This document shows, in pieces, positions 39,706 to 49,175 of a stretch of DNA of 60,447 nucleotides. Positions within the stretch are counted from its first letter, which is position 1; each line of letters begins with the position of its first letter. Below the pieces are notes generated by a model that made no database searches, was not told the DNA's origin, and saw only the letters and a program-made list of their open reading frames with translations. Position numbers and translations under genes: made by a program. Source of the stretch: a virus (Duplodnaviria > Caudoviricetes); the IMG/VR virus record IMGVR_UViG_3300045282_000062, positions 1 to 60,447 of that record; one strand, 5' to 3'.

Positions 39706-42700
39706 CGCCGGCGCTTGTTTAAATATTTGGTGAATGAACTTCCTTGCTGCACGAAATCATGGAAATGGCCGTCTTTGTCAAACATCACGCCTTCAGTCCT
39801 GGTATTGGCTGCAATTGTTTGCCCTAACCTGTCATAATCGATACCCCCGGATCTTTGCGGCGCAGATATTCCTGATGGAACGGCCCCTGACGCCACGCGG
39901 CCGGCCATCATGGCCGCCGTTTCGCGTGGATTATAAATAACGTCATCACGTTCTATGTAGGTTAGTGTGGGCTTTGACGCCACGTACATGCGGCCATCGC
40001 GCTGCATTAATTCTGCACCAGCTTCGCCCCATAGCCCCAAACCTTCATAATTTCCGTGTTTACCTGTTTTAAATTGGGGTATGGGCCGCGCAGCTATGAT
40101 TGCAATTTGGGCAGCACCTAGCGCTGCCGTCACCGCGGCCAGCACCACCCCTACTATCGGGCCAGCGGTCAGCGCCGTTACAACGGCCTGCGCTGTAGAT
40201 ATAATCGCATTAAAAATTGCCAGCGCTTTAGCGCGGCGGGCTTGTTCGCGCTGTAGATTTTTTTCGTCCTGATCCAATTTTTTATTTCTGGCCGCCGCTT
40301 CCTTCGCTGATATATCGCCAGCGTCCTGCAATGCCTGTATATTACTACGGGCGGTATCGATTCTTTGTTGTTCAGCCTTATCGGCCGCATCACCAATGGA
40401 TTGAATGAAATTAAATACTACCTGCGCGCCCTGTATGGCGTCATTGGCGGTTTCTTTGAACTTATCCTGCTGAATCTGCCGGGCTTTCAGGGCTAAATCC
40501 ACTTGTTTGTCCTGACCGGCCTGTATTATTTGATCTTTCTGACTTTGCAGATCAGCCTGCTGCGCCAGCAGGTCAGCATCCTGCCCACCCAATATGTCGT
40601 TTTTGGCTTTATTCGCGTCAATCTGTTTTTGGATAGCCGCCGCCTGGATATCCGTCTGCTTATCGATTAGATCGGCCTGCGTGTCAAAGCTTTCCTGATG
40701 GACCCCTGTGATTTGGGCCACTGCTTTACGGCCGCCAATCCCTGTAGCGGTCCTGATTTGGTCCTGCGCTTTCAGTGTCCTGTCAATATCTTTTAAGATC
40801 AAATCATTTTTAGCCTTGTCCAGCTGTAATTCAATTTGCAGTTCATCTTCTATGCTTTGAATGCGGGCCAGCTTTATATCCTGATCACGTTTAGCTTCAA
40901 TTTCCCGGATCTTATCATTTTTGCCCTTGTTCGCAATTATTTCAGCGTCTGCCTGATCTACTATTAATTTGATATTGGCGTTTAACTTTTCCTGATTCGT
41001 GGCTTCAGAATTCTGTAGTGTAATTTGTTCTAAGCTTTCCTGATCAGCAATAGCGTTTAACTGCTGCTGCTTTTCAAACTCCCGATTGTTATCGGCTATT
41101 TTAGCATTTGTTTGTTCAGTCAGCGCCAATTTCTGCACGGACGTTAATTCCAAATTTTTCAGCTGTAGGCTCAATTCATCTAACGCCAATTGATTCTGCG
41201 CATCCAATTGCGCTTTAGTCTGCCGATCACTGATATTTTTAGCCTGCTGATCTGCTTTAGTGGCGGCAATCTGATCCACGGCCAGCTTTTGTTCAGCTAC
41301 GAATTTCTGCCGGTCCAGTTCAATTTGTAAACTCTTTTTGCTGGCTTCCGCCTGGATACGTAAAATAGCTTCAGTATCTTCGCCGGCATTTTTAACGGCC
41401 AATGCGCTTTCTGCATTATTTAATTTTTGTTGGATTGCAAACTTTTTCACTGAATTTTCTGCGGTCAGATTCAATTCAGCGTCCAGCGTATCTACCACGC
41501 CCTGCAAGGTTTCGATTTGCAGCTGTTTATTTTTCTGCTGGCGTAGTTCATTTATTTTGCTGGCGCTGTCTTTATTCGCATTTTCCAGCTTATCGATTTC
41601 AGCGGTGGCGTCCTCAAATGCCTTTTTAAATTCATCTTTTCCGGTGGCTGCCAACTTCAGCTGTGCAGTGTTAGCGTTTTCCTGCTGCTTTGCTATGGCT
41701 TCATTGCGGCGATTAATTAATGCTGCCTGCGCTTCGCCCTGCGCTTCAATGATGGCGCTTTGCTTTGCGCCCAATACGCCTAATGATGCAGCTTGTTCAT
41801 CCGCCAGCCGGCCGAAACTTTGCGCGTCATCTTCCACTAATTTTTTCTGTAAACTGATGGCGTCATTTAGATCCGTTATCTGCTGTTTAGTTTGGCGGGC
41901 AGATGAACTAAATTTAACGAATGCAGCCACCAGCCCGGCGATGGCTGCGATAACCAGCACGCCCGGGTTCACTGCCATGGCAGCATTTAAAGCTACCTGC
42001 GCCACTGTGGCCGCGGTCCTGGCTATTACTGATTCACTTTGTAGGCCGTTTTCGATGGCCAGCTGTGTGTCGTACAGCGCTTCCTGAACAAGTATTTTAG
42101 CAGTAGATATAGCAGCTTCGTCACGGACCAAATTCAGCAGCTGGCCCAAACCTGCGTTAATGGCCATCACCGCATTTACTTTAACCAATACTTCCTGCAA
42201 TTCCTGATTTTGATCGCCAAATAGCGCGGCTGCCCCGGTGGCAGCAGTAAAAGCGCCGGTGATACCTGACGCAGCGGCGGCAAATATTTTAAGTGTGGGC
42301 ACATCGCTGCCCAAATTGGCGACCGTCTGCTGCGTATCCTTTAATGCGTTTTTAAGCTTTCCGACTTTCAGGGCGATATCATTGTACTGCGCGGAATTAC
42401 CTTCCCCCGCTGCGGTCAATTCGGCCAGCTGGTTAGTCAGCTGAAGTATTTGTGTGCGTAGTGTAGTACTGGATTTGGCAACTGCATCCTGCCCCGTGGT
42501 GGCCCCTTCAAGCGCGGCCACATAATCATCCACATTCACAGCAGCCTGCTGAAATCCCTGCGCCACCTGTCCTGCTGACATTTTTAGAAGTGTCTGCACA
42601 GCTTCTTTACTGGCGCCGGTCAGGTTTTTAACGGACGCCACCAATTTATTGTATATGGCTTGTTGTTCAGTAACGCCTACAGATAACTGATCCTGGCCCT

Positions 42701-42875
42701 GTATGGCAGTTTTAATGAGGTCATTTCTGGCCTTTAACTGATCGTTTGTTTTCTTGAAAACTGCCGCGGTGCCGGCGTCAATATCACCCATCGATTGTAG
42801 CTGATCGATGCCTGACTGTAATTGTGATGTGTCACTGACAAATTCAACGACTACCTGCTGCGTGGTGTCTGCCAT
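39696..42875 (-). CDS. Tape measure protein
   Basis: 1059 aa, Ala/Gln-rich helical, hydrophobic patches, C-terminal FKTG...GEAGAE. Confidence 0.88.
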   Translation of the reverse strand: MADTTQQVVVEFVSDTSQLQSGIDQLQSMGDIDAGTAAVFKKTNDQLKARNDLIKTAIQGQDQLSVGVTEQQAIYNKLVASVKNLTGASKEAVQTLLKMSAGQVAQGFQQAAVNVDDYVAALEGATTGQDAVAKSSTTLRTQILQLTNQLAELTAAGEGNSAQYNDIALKVGKLKNALKDTQQTVANLGSDVPTLKIFAAAASGITGAFTAATGAAALFGDQNQELQEVLVKVNAVMAINAGLGQLLNLVRDEAAISTAKILVQEALYDTQLAIENGLQSESVIARTAATVAQVALNAAMAVNPGVLVIAAIAGLVAAFVKFSSSARQTKQQITDLNDAISLQKKLVEDDAQSFGRLADEQAASLGVLGAKQSAIIEAQGEAQAALINRRNEAIAKQQENANTAQLKLAATGKDEFKKAFEDATAEIDKLENANKDSASKINELRQQKNKQLQIETLQGVVDTLDAELNLTAENSVKKFAIQQKLNNAESALAVKNAGEDTEAILRIQAEASKKSLQIELDRQKFVAEQKLAVDQIAATKADQQAKNISDRQTKAQLDAQNQLALDELSLQLKNLELTSVQKLALTEQTNAKIADNNREFEKQQQLNAIADQESLEQITLQNSEATNQEKLNANIKLIVDQADAEIIANKGKNDKIREIEAKRDQDIKLARIQSIEDELQIELQLDKAKNDLILKDIDRTLKAQDQIRTATGIGGRKAVAQITGVHQESFDTQADLIDKQTDIQAAAIQKQIDANKAKNDILGGQDADLLAQQADLQSQKDQIIQAGQDKQVDLALKARQIQQDKFKETANDAIQGAQVVFNFIQSIGDAADKAEQQRIDTARSNIQALQDAGDISAKEAAARNKKLDQDEKNLQREQARRAKALAIFNAIISTAQAVVTALTAGPIVGVVLAAVTAALGAAQIAIIAARPIPQFKTGKHGNYEGLGLWGEAGAELMQRDGRMYVASKPTLTYIERDDVIYNPRETAAMMAGRVASGAVPSGISAPQRSGGIDYDRLGQTIAANTRTEGVMFDKDGHFHDFVQQGSSFTKYLNKRRRWG

Positions 42876-43022
42876 GGCCCGAATTTACTGCATTTTCTTT
42901 TAGAATGTCACCTATCTTTTTGTCTAATAGGAACATGTAGCCTAAAATATCCATCTTTTCAAATTCCTTCAGCCGCACAGGATCTTCATTTGCCAGCCAC
43001 CACATTTGCGAAAACCTGCTTT

Positions 43023-43601
43023 CTATTGCACTTTGGATAGCGCCGCTGACATGTACGCCTGCGACTGCTTTGCCAGCGCGTCTGTCACCTGGAAATAAGT
43101 TTTTAAACTTTCTTTGGGCAACTCCGAAAATGGCATCAAAGCTTTTAACGGCCCCGCCACTAAAAAAGGGAGCATATCAGTGTCCTCACGCCACTCTGCA
43201 ATCTTTTTATTATTGTATGCCATATCATAGGCAAATGGGCTTTCTGATTCATCGAAAAACAGGACACTGGCCAGCTTGTAAATATGTTCAGGTAATGGGT
43301 GGGCCAGTTCTACACGTTCGCGTAGATTTTGATGGATCTGCGCCACATCGATAATATTGACCTTTGGGCCCTTCAGTAAAATATCAATGGCCTTGCAGTG
43401 CAATTTCAGATAGTCATAATCACAGCGCATTTGAAATTCCTGGTAAAAGGTCATCGCAGTTAGCCCACGGCCGGCAGATATTTCAAATCCGTTTTCAAAC
43501 TGGTAGTATTTCTTACCGTTATGTTCAAACGCTAAAAGTAATTTAGCTTTTGTTTCCGGTATGAATACCTTCAGGCGCCGGCTTTTGAATAATTGGAACA
43601 T
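43023..43601 (-). CDS. Tail assembly chaperone; probable -1 frameshift product extends to 42844
   Basis: Upstream of the tape measure; slippery site in frame; -1 frame open for 109 codons. Confidence 0.7.
   Translation of the reverse strand: MFQLFKSRRLKVFIPETKAKLLLAFEHNGKKYYQFENGFEISAGRGLTAMTFYQEFQMRCDYDYLKLHCKAIDILLKGPKVNIIDVAQIHQNLRERVELAHPLPEHIYKLASVLFFDESESPFAYDMAYNNKKIAEWREDTDMLPFLVAGPLKALMPFSELPKESLKTYFQVTDALAKQSQAYMSAALSKVQ
43161..43170 (-). other. Programmed -1 frameshift site C CCT TTT TTA
   Basis: X XXY YYZ heptamer in the correct phase. Confidence 0.7.
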
Positions 43602-43884
43602 ATATTTTACCCATTTCGTTTTCTAATTCAGTCACCGCAAACCATCCATTTTTCTTTGACCTACCAAATACCAGCGCTACTTTCTGTGCGTATTTGCGCC
43701 ATTTTAACGTAGTGAAATCCTGCGGATGTTTCCAGTTATGCGTTTCGTACCCATCACAGAAACAACTGCCTTTGTATTCATAGCCGTACTTCTTTGCCAG
43801 TTCGTCTACACTCATTTGTCCGGGTGGCTTAATTTTCCAATGATGATTTGAATGCCCATAGCAGTAGATACCACAATCGCCCAC
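43543..43884 (-). CDS. Hypothetical protein (start probably about 43815)
   Basis: Coupled ORF; CFC motif. Confidence 0.5.
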   Translation of the reverse strand: MGDCGIYCYGHSNHHWKIKPPGQMSVDELAKKYGYEYKGSCFCDGYETHNWKHPQDFTTLKWRKYAQKVALVFGRSKKNGWFAVTELENEMGKIYVPIIQKPAPEGIHTGNKS

Positions 43885-44093
43885 ATTTTCACACTTTCAT
43901 GCCAGATCAGCCAATATAGGATGGACCCATACCATGGCGTCATGCACACAGGGCACGCAAAGACAGGATTGTGTAGCTGATCCGGCAGCGTTTTATTAAA
44001 CCAGTTACCCAATGCACCAAAGATTTCACCCTGCTGCATCACATACCAAATGCACTGAATAAACGCCGCTATGATAAATGCCTGTGCTATCAC
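43812..44093 (-). CDS. Small membrane protein with CPVC motif (DUF1360-like)
   Basis: About three hydrophobic segments; FACPVCMTPW at the start of a TM helix. Confidence 0.68.
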   Translation of the reverse strand: MIAQAFIIAAFIQCIWYVMQQGEIFGALGNWFNKTLPDQLHNPVFACPVCMTPWYGSILYWLIWHESVKMWAIVVSTAMGIQIIIGKLSHPDK

Positions 44094-44332
44094 TCACCTG
44101 TGTATTTAAGATAAAATTTCAATTTCATCGTGCTGGTAGTTTCGTCATGGTCAAAACTAAATTGCTTGTATCCGGGGGGCGCGCCCGCGTTCACTTTTTC
44201 AATCAGCGCCGTGATGATATCCGCAATTTCCTTATCCGTGAACTTTTCCCATGTTTCGATTTCTGCAAATGTGTGGATGACCGGGTGCAGATGTTTCGTT
44301 ACTTTTTTCCCTAAAACTTTCTTTAACCCCAT
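44090..44332 (-). CDS. Hypothetical protein
   Basis: Coupled ORF. Confidence 0.55.
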   Translation of the reverse strand: MGLKKVLGKKVTKHLHPVIHTFAEIETWEKFTDKEIADIITALIEKVNAGAPPGYKQFSFDHDETTSTMKLKFYLKYTGE

Positions 44333-44580
44333 TATGAAATTTTTACCAGGCCTGACGCCAGGCCGCCAAAATCTAAAATAATATTGGACCCATCAAATTT
44401 GGTAGATCCTATCGGTATGCCGTTATTCAGTTTAAATTTCCCTGTCACGTCATCACGGTAATATACATCTACGCGCGGTTCAGGGCCGTACTTGTCAGAC
44501 AGCGCCGCGCCATAGACTATGGTCATGTTAGGCTGATTGCTGAACGTCAGCGATGTGCCCGGGCAACATGGCATTGGCAA
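44332..44580 (-). CDS. Stand-alone copy of the shared tail-adaptor-like domain
   Basis: PCC N-terminus; KYGPEPRVDVY...DFGGLASGLVKIS. Confidence 0.65.
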   Translation of the reverse strand: MPMPCCPGTSLTFSNQPNMTIVYGAALSDKYGPEPRVDVYYRDDVTGKFKLNNGIPIGSTKFDGSNIILDFGGLASGLVKIS

Positions 44581-44703
44581 TTTGTTTAGCTGCTTTTAAA
44601 TTAGCGATTTTCTGCCGGCATATTTTCTGCGCGGCGCCGTACTCTAGTAACTGGCGCACATGATTATTTTGCCGGGCTGATTCACGAATAAGTTTGTTTA
44701 TAT

Positions 44704-45318
44704 TCATGCTGATAAAATTGCGTATCCTGTCATAGTGCCCCCCAAATCAATATCCACACTTTGCAGCACATTGGACCCATCACGGTTTTGTGTGACGCCT
44801 ACAATCCGCAGTTCATACACCCCACCGCCTGCATCTTCGTAAATCTGAATTATCGGGCTATTGCCTAATGCGATGTATGGCATCACCAGCCAATCAAAAT
44901 GCAATGTGGATACACCAGTGAACGGCACCAGTAATTGTTCCTGACCGCCGCCACCGCCACCACTTATGCCCGGCAGGCCTATCTGATCTTCCGTATCATT
45001 GCCCCCGGTTATCTGTGCCTGCACGCAATCGTAATACCTGCACAGACGCATGGGCTGTGGCACGTTTGTCACCGGGTCCACGATCTGTAGCCCGAATTCA
45101 CCGGCGAACGGATTAAAAAAGCCAGCTGGCAGATCCGCAGCAGCAATTACTATACTTCCATTGCCGTCTGCCACCACTGTATTTTGGTATCTGCTTTGAA
45201 ATTTATCTGTGATGATCCATTTATATGATTCGGCAGGCGTTAGCCCGGCATTCACAGTTATGCCTGTAGGGCAGTTACTTAAAAATGAATCAAAGCAATT
45301 ATCGCAGCAGACGTTCAT
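44704..45318 (-). CDS. Cys-rich structural protein, paralog A
   Basis: Aligns end to end with 45351..45944. Confidence 0.7.
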   Translation of the reverse strand: MNVCCDNCFDSFLSNCPTGITVNAGLTPAESYKWIITDKFQSRYQNTVVADGNGSIVIAAADLPAGFFNPFAGEFGLQIVDPVTNVPQPMRLCRYYDCVQAQITGGNDTEDQIGLPGISGGGGGGQEQLLVPFTGVSTLHFDWLVMPYIALGNSPIIQIYEDAGGGVYELRIVGVTQNRDGSNVLQSVDIDLGGTMTGYAILSA

Positions 45319-45350
45319 AACGTGAATTTATGGAATTACTTAATGAGTAC

Positions 45351-45944
45351 CTAAACGAAAACCACAAAGCCATCAAAAGTGCCGCCCAAATCAATGTGTA
45401 CGCTTTGTAGGACACCATTGATGTCAAAAGTCTGCTGAATAGTGGGCGCCATCAGTTCGTACTGAAATAATCCGATAGATTTATACACCTGAATCAGTGG
45501 CGCAGTGATGGTATTGAATGGCGCCAGGGTCCAATCATAATCAAGTGTGGCCGCAGCAGTAAACGCCCGTTTAATCTTTGCCCCGCCATCGCTGGTGCAA
45601 TTTCCTATTTCAGTTTCAATGACATCCGGCGTATTCTTTTTGATTTTGATATTGACGCATTCGTAAACCTGACAAACGGCCACCGGCACTGGTTTGCCAT
45701 CTACGGCATCTGTGAAAGATAAAAGCAAATCACCTGCATACGGATTTAAAAACCCTTCTGGCAGGTCCGCAGGATCTATAAAAATGCTGCCATCTTCGCC
45801 AGCTATGACAGGCGATGAATATTTATTGCTGAATTTATCAGTGATTAGCCATTTGTAGACATGGCCTGAAATAAACCCACCATTTACGGTGATGCCGTCC
45901 AGACAATTGGATAGGACCGCATTAAAACATGGGATGCATTGCAA
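45351..45944 (-). CDS. Cys-rich structural protein, paralog B
   Basis: Shared CF...LSNC..GITVN.G, YKW.ITDKF, DLP.GF.NP.AG. Confidence 0.7.
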   Translation of the reverse strand: MQCIPCFNAVLSNCLDGITVNGGFISGHVYKWLITDKFSNKYSSPVIAGEDGSIFIDPADLPEGFLNPYAGDLLLSFTDAVDGKPVPVAVCQVYECVNIKIKKNTPDVIETEIGNCTSDGGAKIKRAFTAAATLDYDWTLAPFNTITAPLIQVYKSIGLFQYELMAPTIQQTFDINGVLQSVHIDLGGTFDGFVVFV

Positions 45945-45988
45945 TGGGCTGGTTTTGCCAGTAAAAGTAGGGGAAAATCAAATACCCA

Positions 45989-46186
45989 TCAAATCGCATG
46001 CATTTCTATGCTGTGCCAGGGTTCATCTATCCGCCAGCAGTCTATAATTTTCTGCTTTGGAAATCGCCTTTTAAATTTCCTTCGCGCTTCTTTTTGATTC
46101 AGGGCTTTGACGCCCTGAAGTCCAAAACCAAATTGCGTAGTGCAGTAAACGCCGTAAATAGGTTTCTTTTTCATTGTGCTAACCAT
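45989..46186 (-). CDS. Small basic hypothetical protein
   Basis: Coupled ORF. Confidence 0.5.
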   Translation of the reverse strand: MVSTMKKKPIYGVYCTTQFGFGLQGVKALNQKEARRKFKRRFPKQKIIDCWRIDEPWHSIEMHAI

Positions 46187-47037
46187 TTTTGTATTTCGTC
46201 CACTTGTTTTTCAACTTTCAAGCGCTGTAGTAGTGTTTGTTTTTTACCCTTGTATTCGCTATGCTTTACAGTGCCTTTAACCAAATAGAACGCGCCACGA
46301 TCTGCAAACTGTGGGGGCGTGGTGCCCTTGTAGTAAACTACTTTGCCGTCATCGCTGATCAGGGTCATTATCGACACGTAGCCAAACTGTGTATCATATC
46401 CGAATTCCTTTACAAATTTCACACGCATTTGCACCCTGGCGCCTTCAGTGAAATGGTGGCCAGCCGCCATAGCTTCAATCCGATAAGCTTCTAACCATTC
46501 ACGTTTTTTAGCTGTGCAATATTTGTGGGCCACTGTCTTTGTCACAAAGTATTCAGGTAATATCTGGCCATCGGGGCCATAGCAGTTATTGTCACCATAA
46601 TTAGCAGTGCATTCCTTTACTACTTCAGTCCAATCATAGCGGACAAGTTCACCAATTTCTACGGCCCGCTGACGTGCGTAAACCCTAGTGCGCATATTCG
46701 GTTCCTGATTCATGGCGCGGTTTAACTGCCAGCCGTCTGTACATGTGCGTATATCCTGCCCTGTTAGTTTGCCAAATGAAAATTGCCATGCGTTCAGATT
46801 TGCTATCCTGGTTTTGGTCCAATATCTGCGGCCATCACTTTTTAAATCCAAATCCACTGCATATAATTCAGTCATCACCTTTACTTTTTCTTCAGCAGCA
46901 GCGAAATCCATCGATAGATTCTGAATGTACCTGTAGTGTGTAGTGATGTACGTGCAATGATCATACGGATTTAGCGTCTGCGTTTCGTGAACGTTCCAAA
47001 GTGTGTAGTAGTGATTTGTAAAACCGATTGTTAACAT
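46171..47037 (-). CDS. Hypothetical protein with an OB-fold-like C-terminus
   Basis: YLVKGTVKHSEYKGKKQTLLQR. Confidence 0.65.
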   Translation of the reverse strand: MLTIGFTNHYYTLWNVHETQTLNPYDHCTYITTHYRYIQNLSMDFAAAEEKVKVMTELYAVDLDLKSDGRRYWTKTRIANLNAWQFSFGKLTGQDIRTCTDGWQLNRAMNQEPNMRTRVYARQRAVEIGELVRYDWTEVVKECTANYGDNNCYGPDGQILPEYFVTKTVAHKYCTAKKREWLEAYRIEAMAAGHHFTEGARVQMRVKFVKEFGYDTQFGYVSIMTLISDDGKVVYYKGTTPPQFADRGAFYLVKGTVKHSEYKGKKQTLLQRLKVEKQVDEIQKWLAQ

Positions 47038-47065
47038 GGTGGGTTATTTTACTGGTTTAATTTCA

Positions 47066-47290
47066 TTATCGATTTTTAGATTTTACCACATAAACACCAT
47101 CTACCACACCTTTTTCAAAAACTTTTCTACTAACCCACGCCATTTTCTGATTATTAATACCGTTACCGCCTTTATAGTTAAACCCTACATACCATGATAC
47201 GCGGCTAAGAGTTACTTTGTTGAGTGTGAATTCTTTTCCTGTAGGTGTGAAGATGTACGTAGTGCCTGATGTTGGAATTGTCTGTGTCAT
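47066..47290 (-). CDS. Hypothetical protein, probably leaderless
   Basis: ATG 4 nt after the -7 box. Confidence 0.6.
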   Translation of the reverse strand: MTQTIPTSGTTYIFTPTGKEFTLNKVTLSRVSWYVGFNYKGGNGINNQKMAWVSRKVFEKGVVDGVYVVKSKNR

Positions 47291-47294
47291 CCTG

Positions 47295-47337
47295 TAAAGT
47301 TAGTACTAATTAAGTACTAACCAAATTTATTTCAAAA
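47295..47337 (-). promoter_or_regulatory. Bacteroidota-type promoter with an internal AGTACT-N5-AGTACT operator
   Basis: TTTG-N19-TAACTTTA; near-identical to 26785-26827. Confidence 0.8.
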
Positions 47338-48694
47338 TATTTTTGTGGAACGTATTCAGGTAATACCGCCAGTGGTCCAAATGATCGGCGCGCTTCTTTG
47401 GGTTTTTGCGGTCGCCTTTTTCGATTTCCCCCATTTCATTGACACTCACATTTTTACAGTCAAATATCAGGCCTTTGGCTTTGATGGGGTCGAATGTTAC
47501 AGTGCCCTGGCTGAAGGCAGCATTGACTAAAACCCTGTTTTCCTTTACTTTGGGGTTTATGGTGGGCACGCGCAGCTGCGTGGGCGCCAGCTTCAGTTCG
47601 GACCGGATCACGGTGTAGTAGTTTATGCCGTCCTGCACCAGTGCTGTAGTGCCCTGTCCTGTGGCGTCACCTGTCACCGTGAATATGCAGCCCCGGTATG
47701 CCGCCCTGATATAATCGCACAGCTTGTAGATGTCTGATTTGGCCAGCTGAATGGCTTCAATACATTTGATGCCCTGATAGTGCTGATAGACGCCGCAGGT
47801 AATCGGGTTCACGTTAAAGTCAAATGACAGATACACATCATAGCGGTTATTCAGCACCGTTATACCTACATGTTTCTTTTCATCGAAACACATGGCATAC
47901 GGATCATCCACCTTTAAATTGCCCCACTTCCCAAGTGTGTAAACCTGGTAATGGTATGGATCTATTTCTGCAAGCTTTTCCAGAAAGATCACACGCATAG
48001 GGCTAACAAAACGGTTATCTTTGTATGTGGTCCACGTAGAATTATAACTGAATGTGTGCCTTTTTACCGCGCCTGTTTTTTCATCTGTGAAATCCATACT
48101 CCAATCAGATGAAAAATTACTGTATGGATCTGCCGCGTCTTTGTAAAATGTTTTATAGATCCAATGTTCCTGATAATCACCTTCCGTTTCCGGGTTAAAT
48201 GAAAGCCATACTTTTGGATTTCCTTTGTTACTTCTAAGCGATGTCATCAGCACCACAAAATCATCCATATCGCATTGGTTCATTTCTTCCCCCCACATAT
48301 CGGATGGGTTTGCAGTAGATTTCACTTTGCCTGGTTCATCCATGCCCCGGCAAATAAATTTGTTTCCGTTGATGCACCGGATTTCCAGCGGATTTGCGAT
48401 AAATTGGAAAAGATGATCAACGCCCCACGCCTGCGCTATATCCTTAAGCATCTGCCATTGACTTTCCTTAATGGTGTCTTTTACTTTGCGGACCAAAATG
48501 CACCTAAAATATTTTTCAGCCATGCACCGGGTCAGTAGCCAGCTGGCGATAAAATACGATTTACCTGAATCACGGCCGCCGTACAGTAGTTCAATGATGG
48601 CTGTGGAATAACGTAAATCACGATAGGCCGGCAGAAACGCTTCCCGTGGAATATTGACTACCTGAAATGGTGGGGGCTGTTTAACGTTCAACAT
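47327..48694 (-). CDS. terL: Terminase large subunit (PBSX-like)
   Basis: YGGRDSGKS Walker A, WGEE Walker B, SFNP, SFDFN, DHLDHWRY. Confidence 0.92.
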   Translation of the reverse strand: MLNVKQPPPFQVVNIPREAFLPAYRDLRYSTAIIELLYGGRDSGKSYFIASWLLTRCMAEKYFRCILVRKVKDTIKESQWQMLKDIAQAWGVDHLFQFIANPLEIRCINGNKFICRGMDEPGKVKSTANPSDMWGEEMNQCDMDDFVVLMTSLRSNKGNPKVWLSFNPETEGDYQEHWIYKTFYKDAADPYSNFSSDWSMDFTDEKTGAVKRHTFSYNSTWTTYKDNRFVSPMRVIFLEKLAEIDPYHYQVYTLGKWGNLKVDDPYAMCFDEKKHVGITVLNNRYDVYLSFDFNVNPITCGVYQHYQGIKCIEAIQLAKSDIYKLCDYIRAAYRGCIFTVTGDATGQGTTALVQDGINYYTVIRSELKLAPTQLRVPTINPKVKENRVLVNAAFSQGTVTFDPIKAKGLIFDCKNVSVNEMGEIEKGDRKNPKKRADHLDHWRYYLNTFHKNILK

Positions 48695-49175
48695 TTACCT
48701 GTATTGCGGGGCGCAATTGATTGTTATCTTTTTCAAAGATTCCGAAATACCGGCCTAGCATTTCCAGCGCCCGGGTTTTGTCCCATAGCGTCAATTCTTT
48801 TTTAGTTTTGGTGCCAAATTCATTTTCAGTCACTGTGATTTTAACGCCGGCCACTGCTGCGCTGTATTCCTTATCCACATCCTGCAAGTCCAGCGGTTCG
48901 TTATCATCACCCAAAACTGTGTTTATATCGGAAAAAGCAATTTTGCGAAGTTCGTCTATCACTTTTTCCCTTGTGAGTTTGCCGGATGCAACCATTTCCT
49001 GCTTAATTCGTTGCAATTCAGCGATAATGTTATGATTTCTTAATAATCTAACTGCCTGCACAGCAGCCGTTTTTGTGGAAAATCCTGCGGCAATCGCCGC
49101 CCGTGTGCCATTATAGTCCACCTGGTATTCCTGTACGAATTTTGTTTGTTTTAGTGTCATTTGAAACAATTTCAA
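48681..49175 (-). CDS. terS: Terminase small subunit
   Basis: KQTKFVQEY..DYNGTRAAIAAGFS, DKTRALEMLGRY. Confidence 0.9.
   Translation of the reverse strand: MKLFQMTLKQTKFVQEYQVDYNGTRAAIAAGFSTKTAAVQAVRLLRNHNIIAELQRIKQEMVASGKLTREKVIDELRKIAFSDINTVLGDDNEPLDLQDVDKEYSAAVAGVKITVTENEFGTKTKKELTLWDKTRALEMLGRYFGIFEKDNNQLRPAIQVNVER

Noticed and set aside
41338-42087. 249-aa plus-strand ORF
   Set aside because: Antisense to the tape measure; Ser/Ala/Cys/Phe-rich composition typical of a shadow frame.
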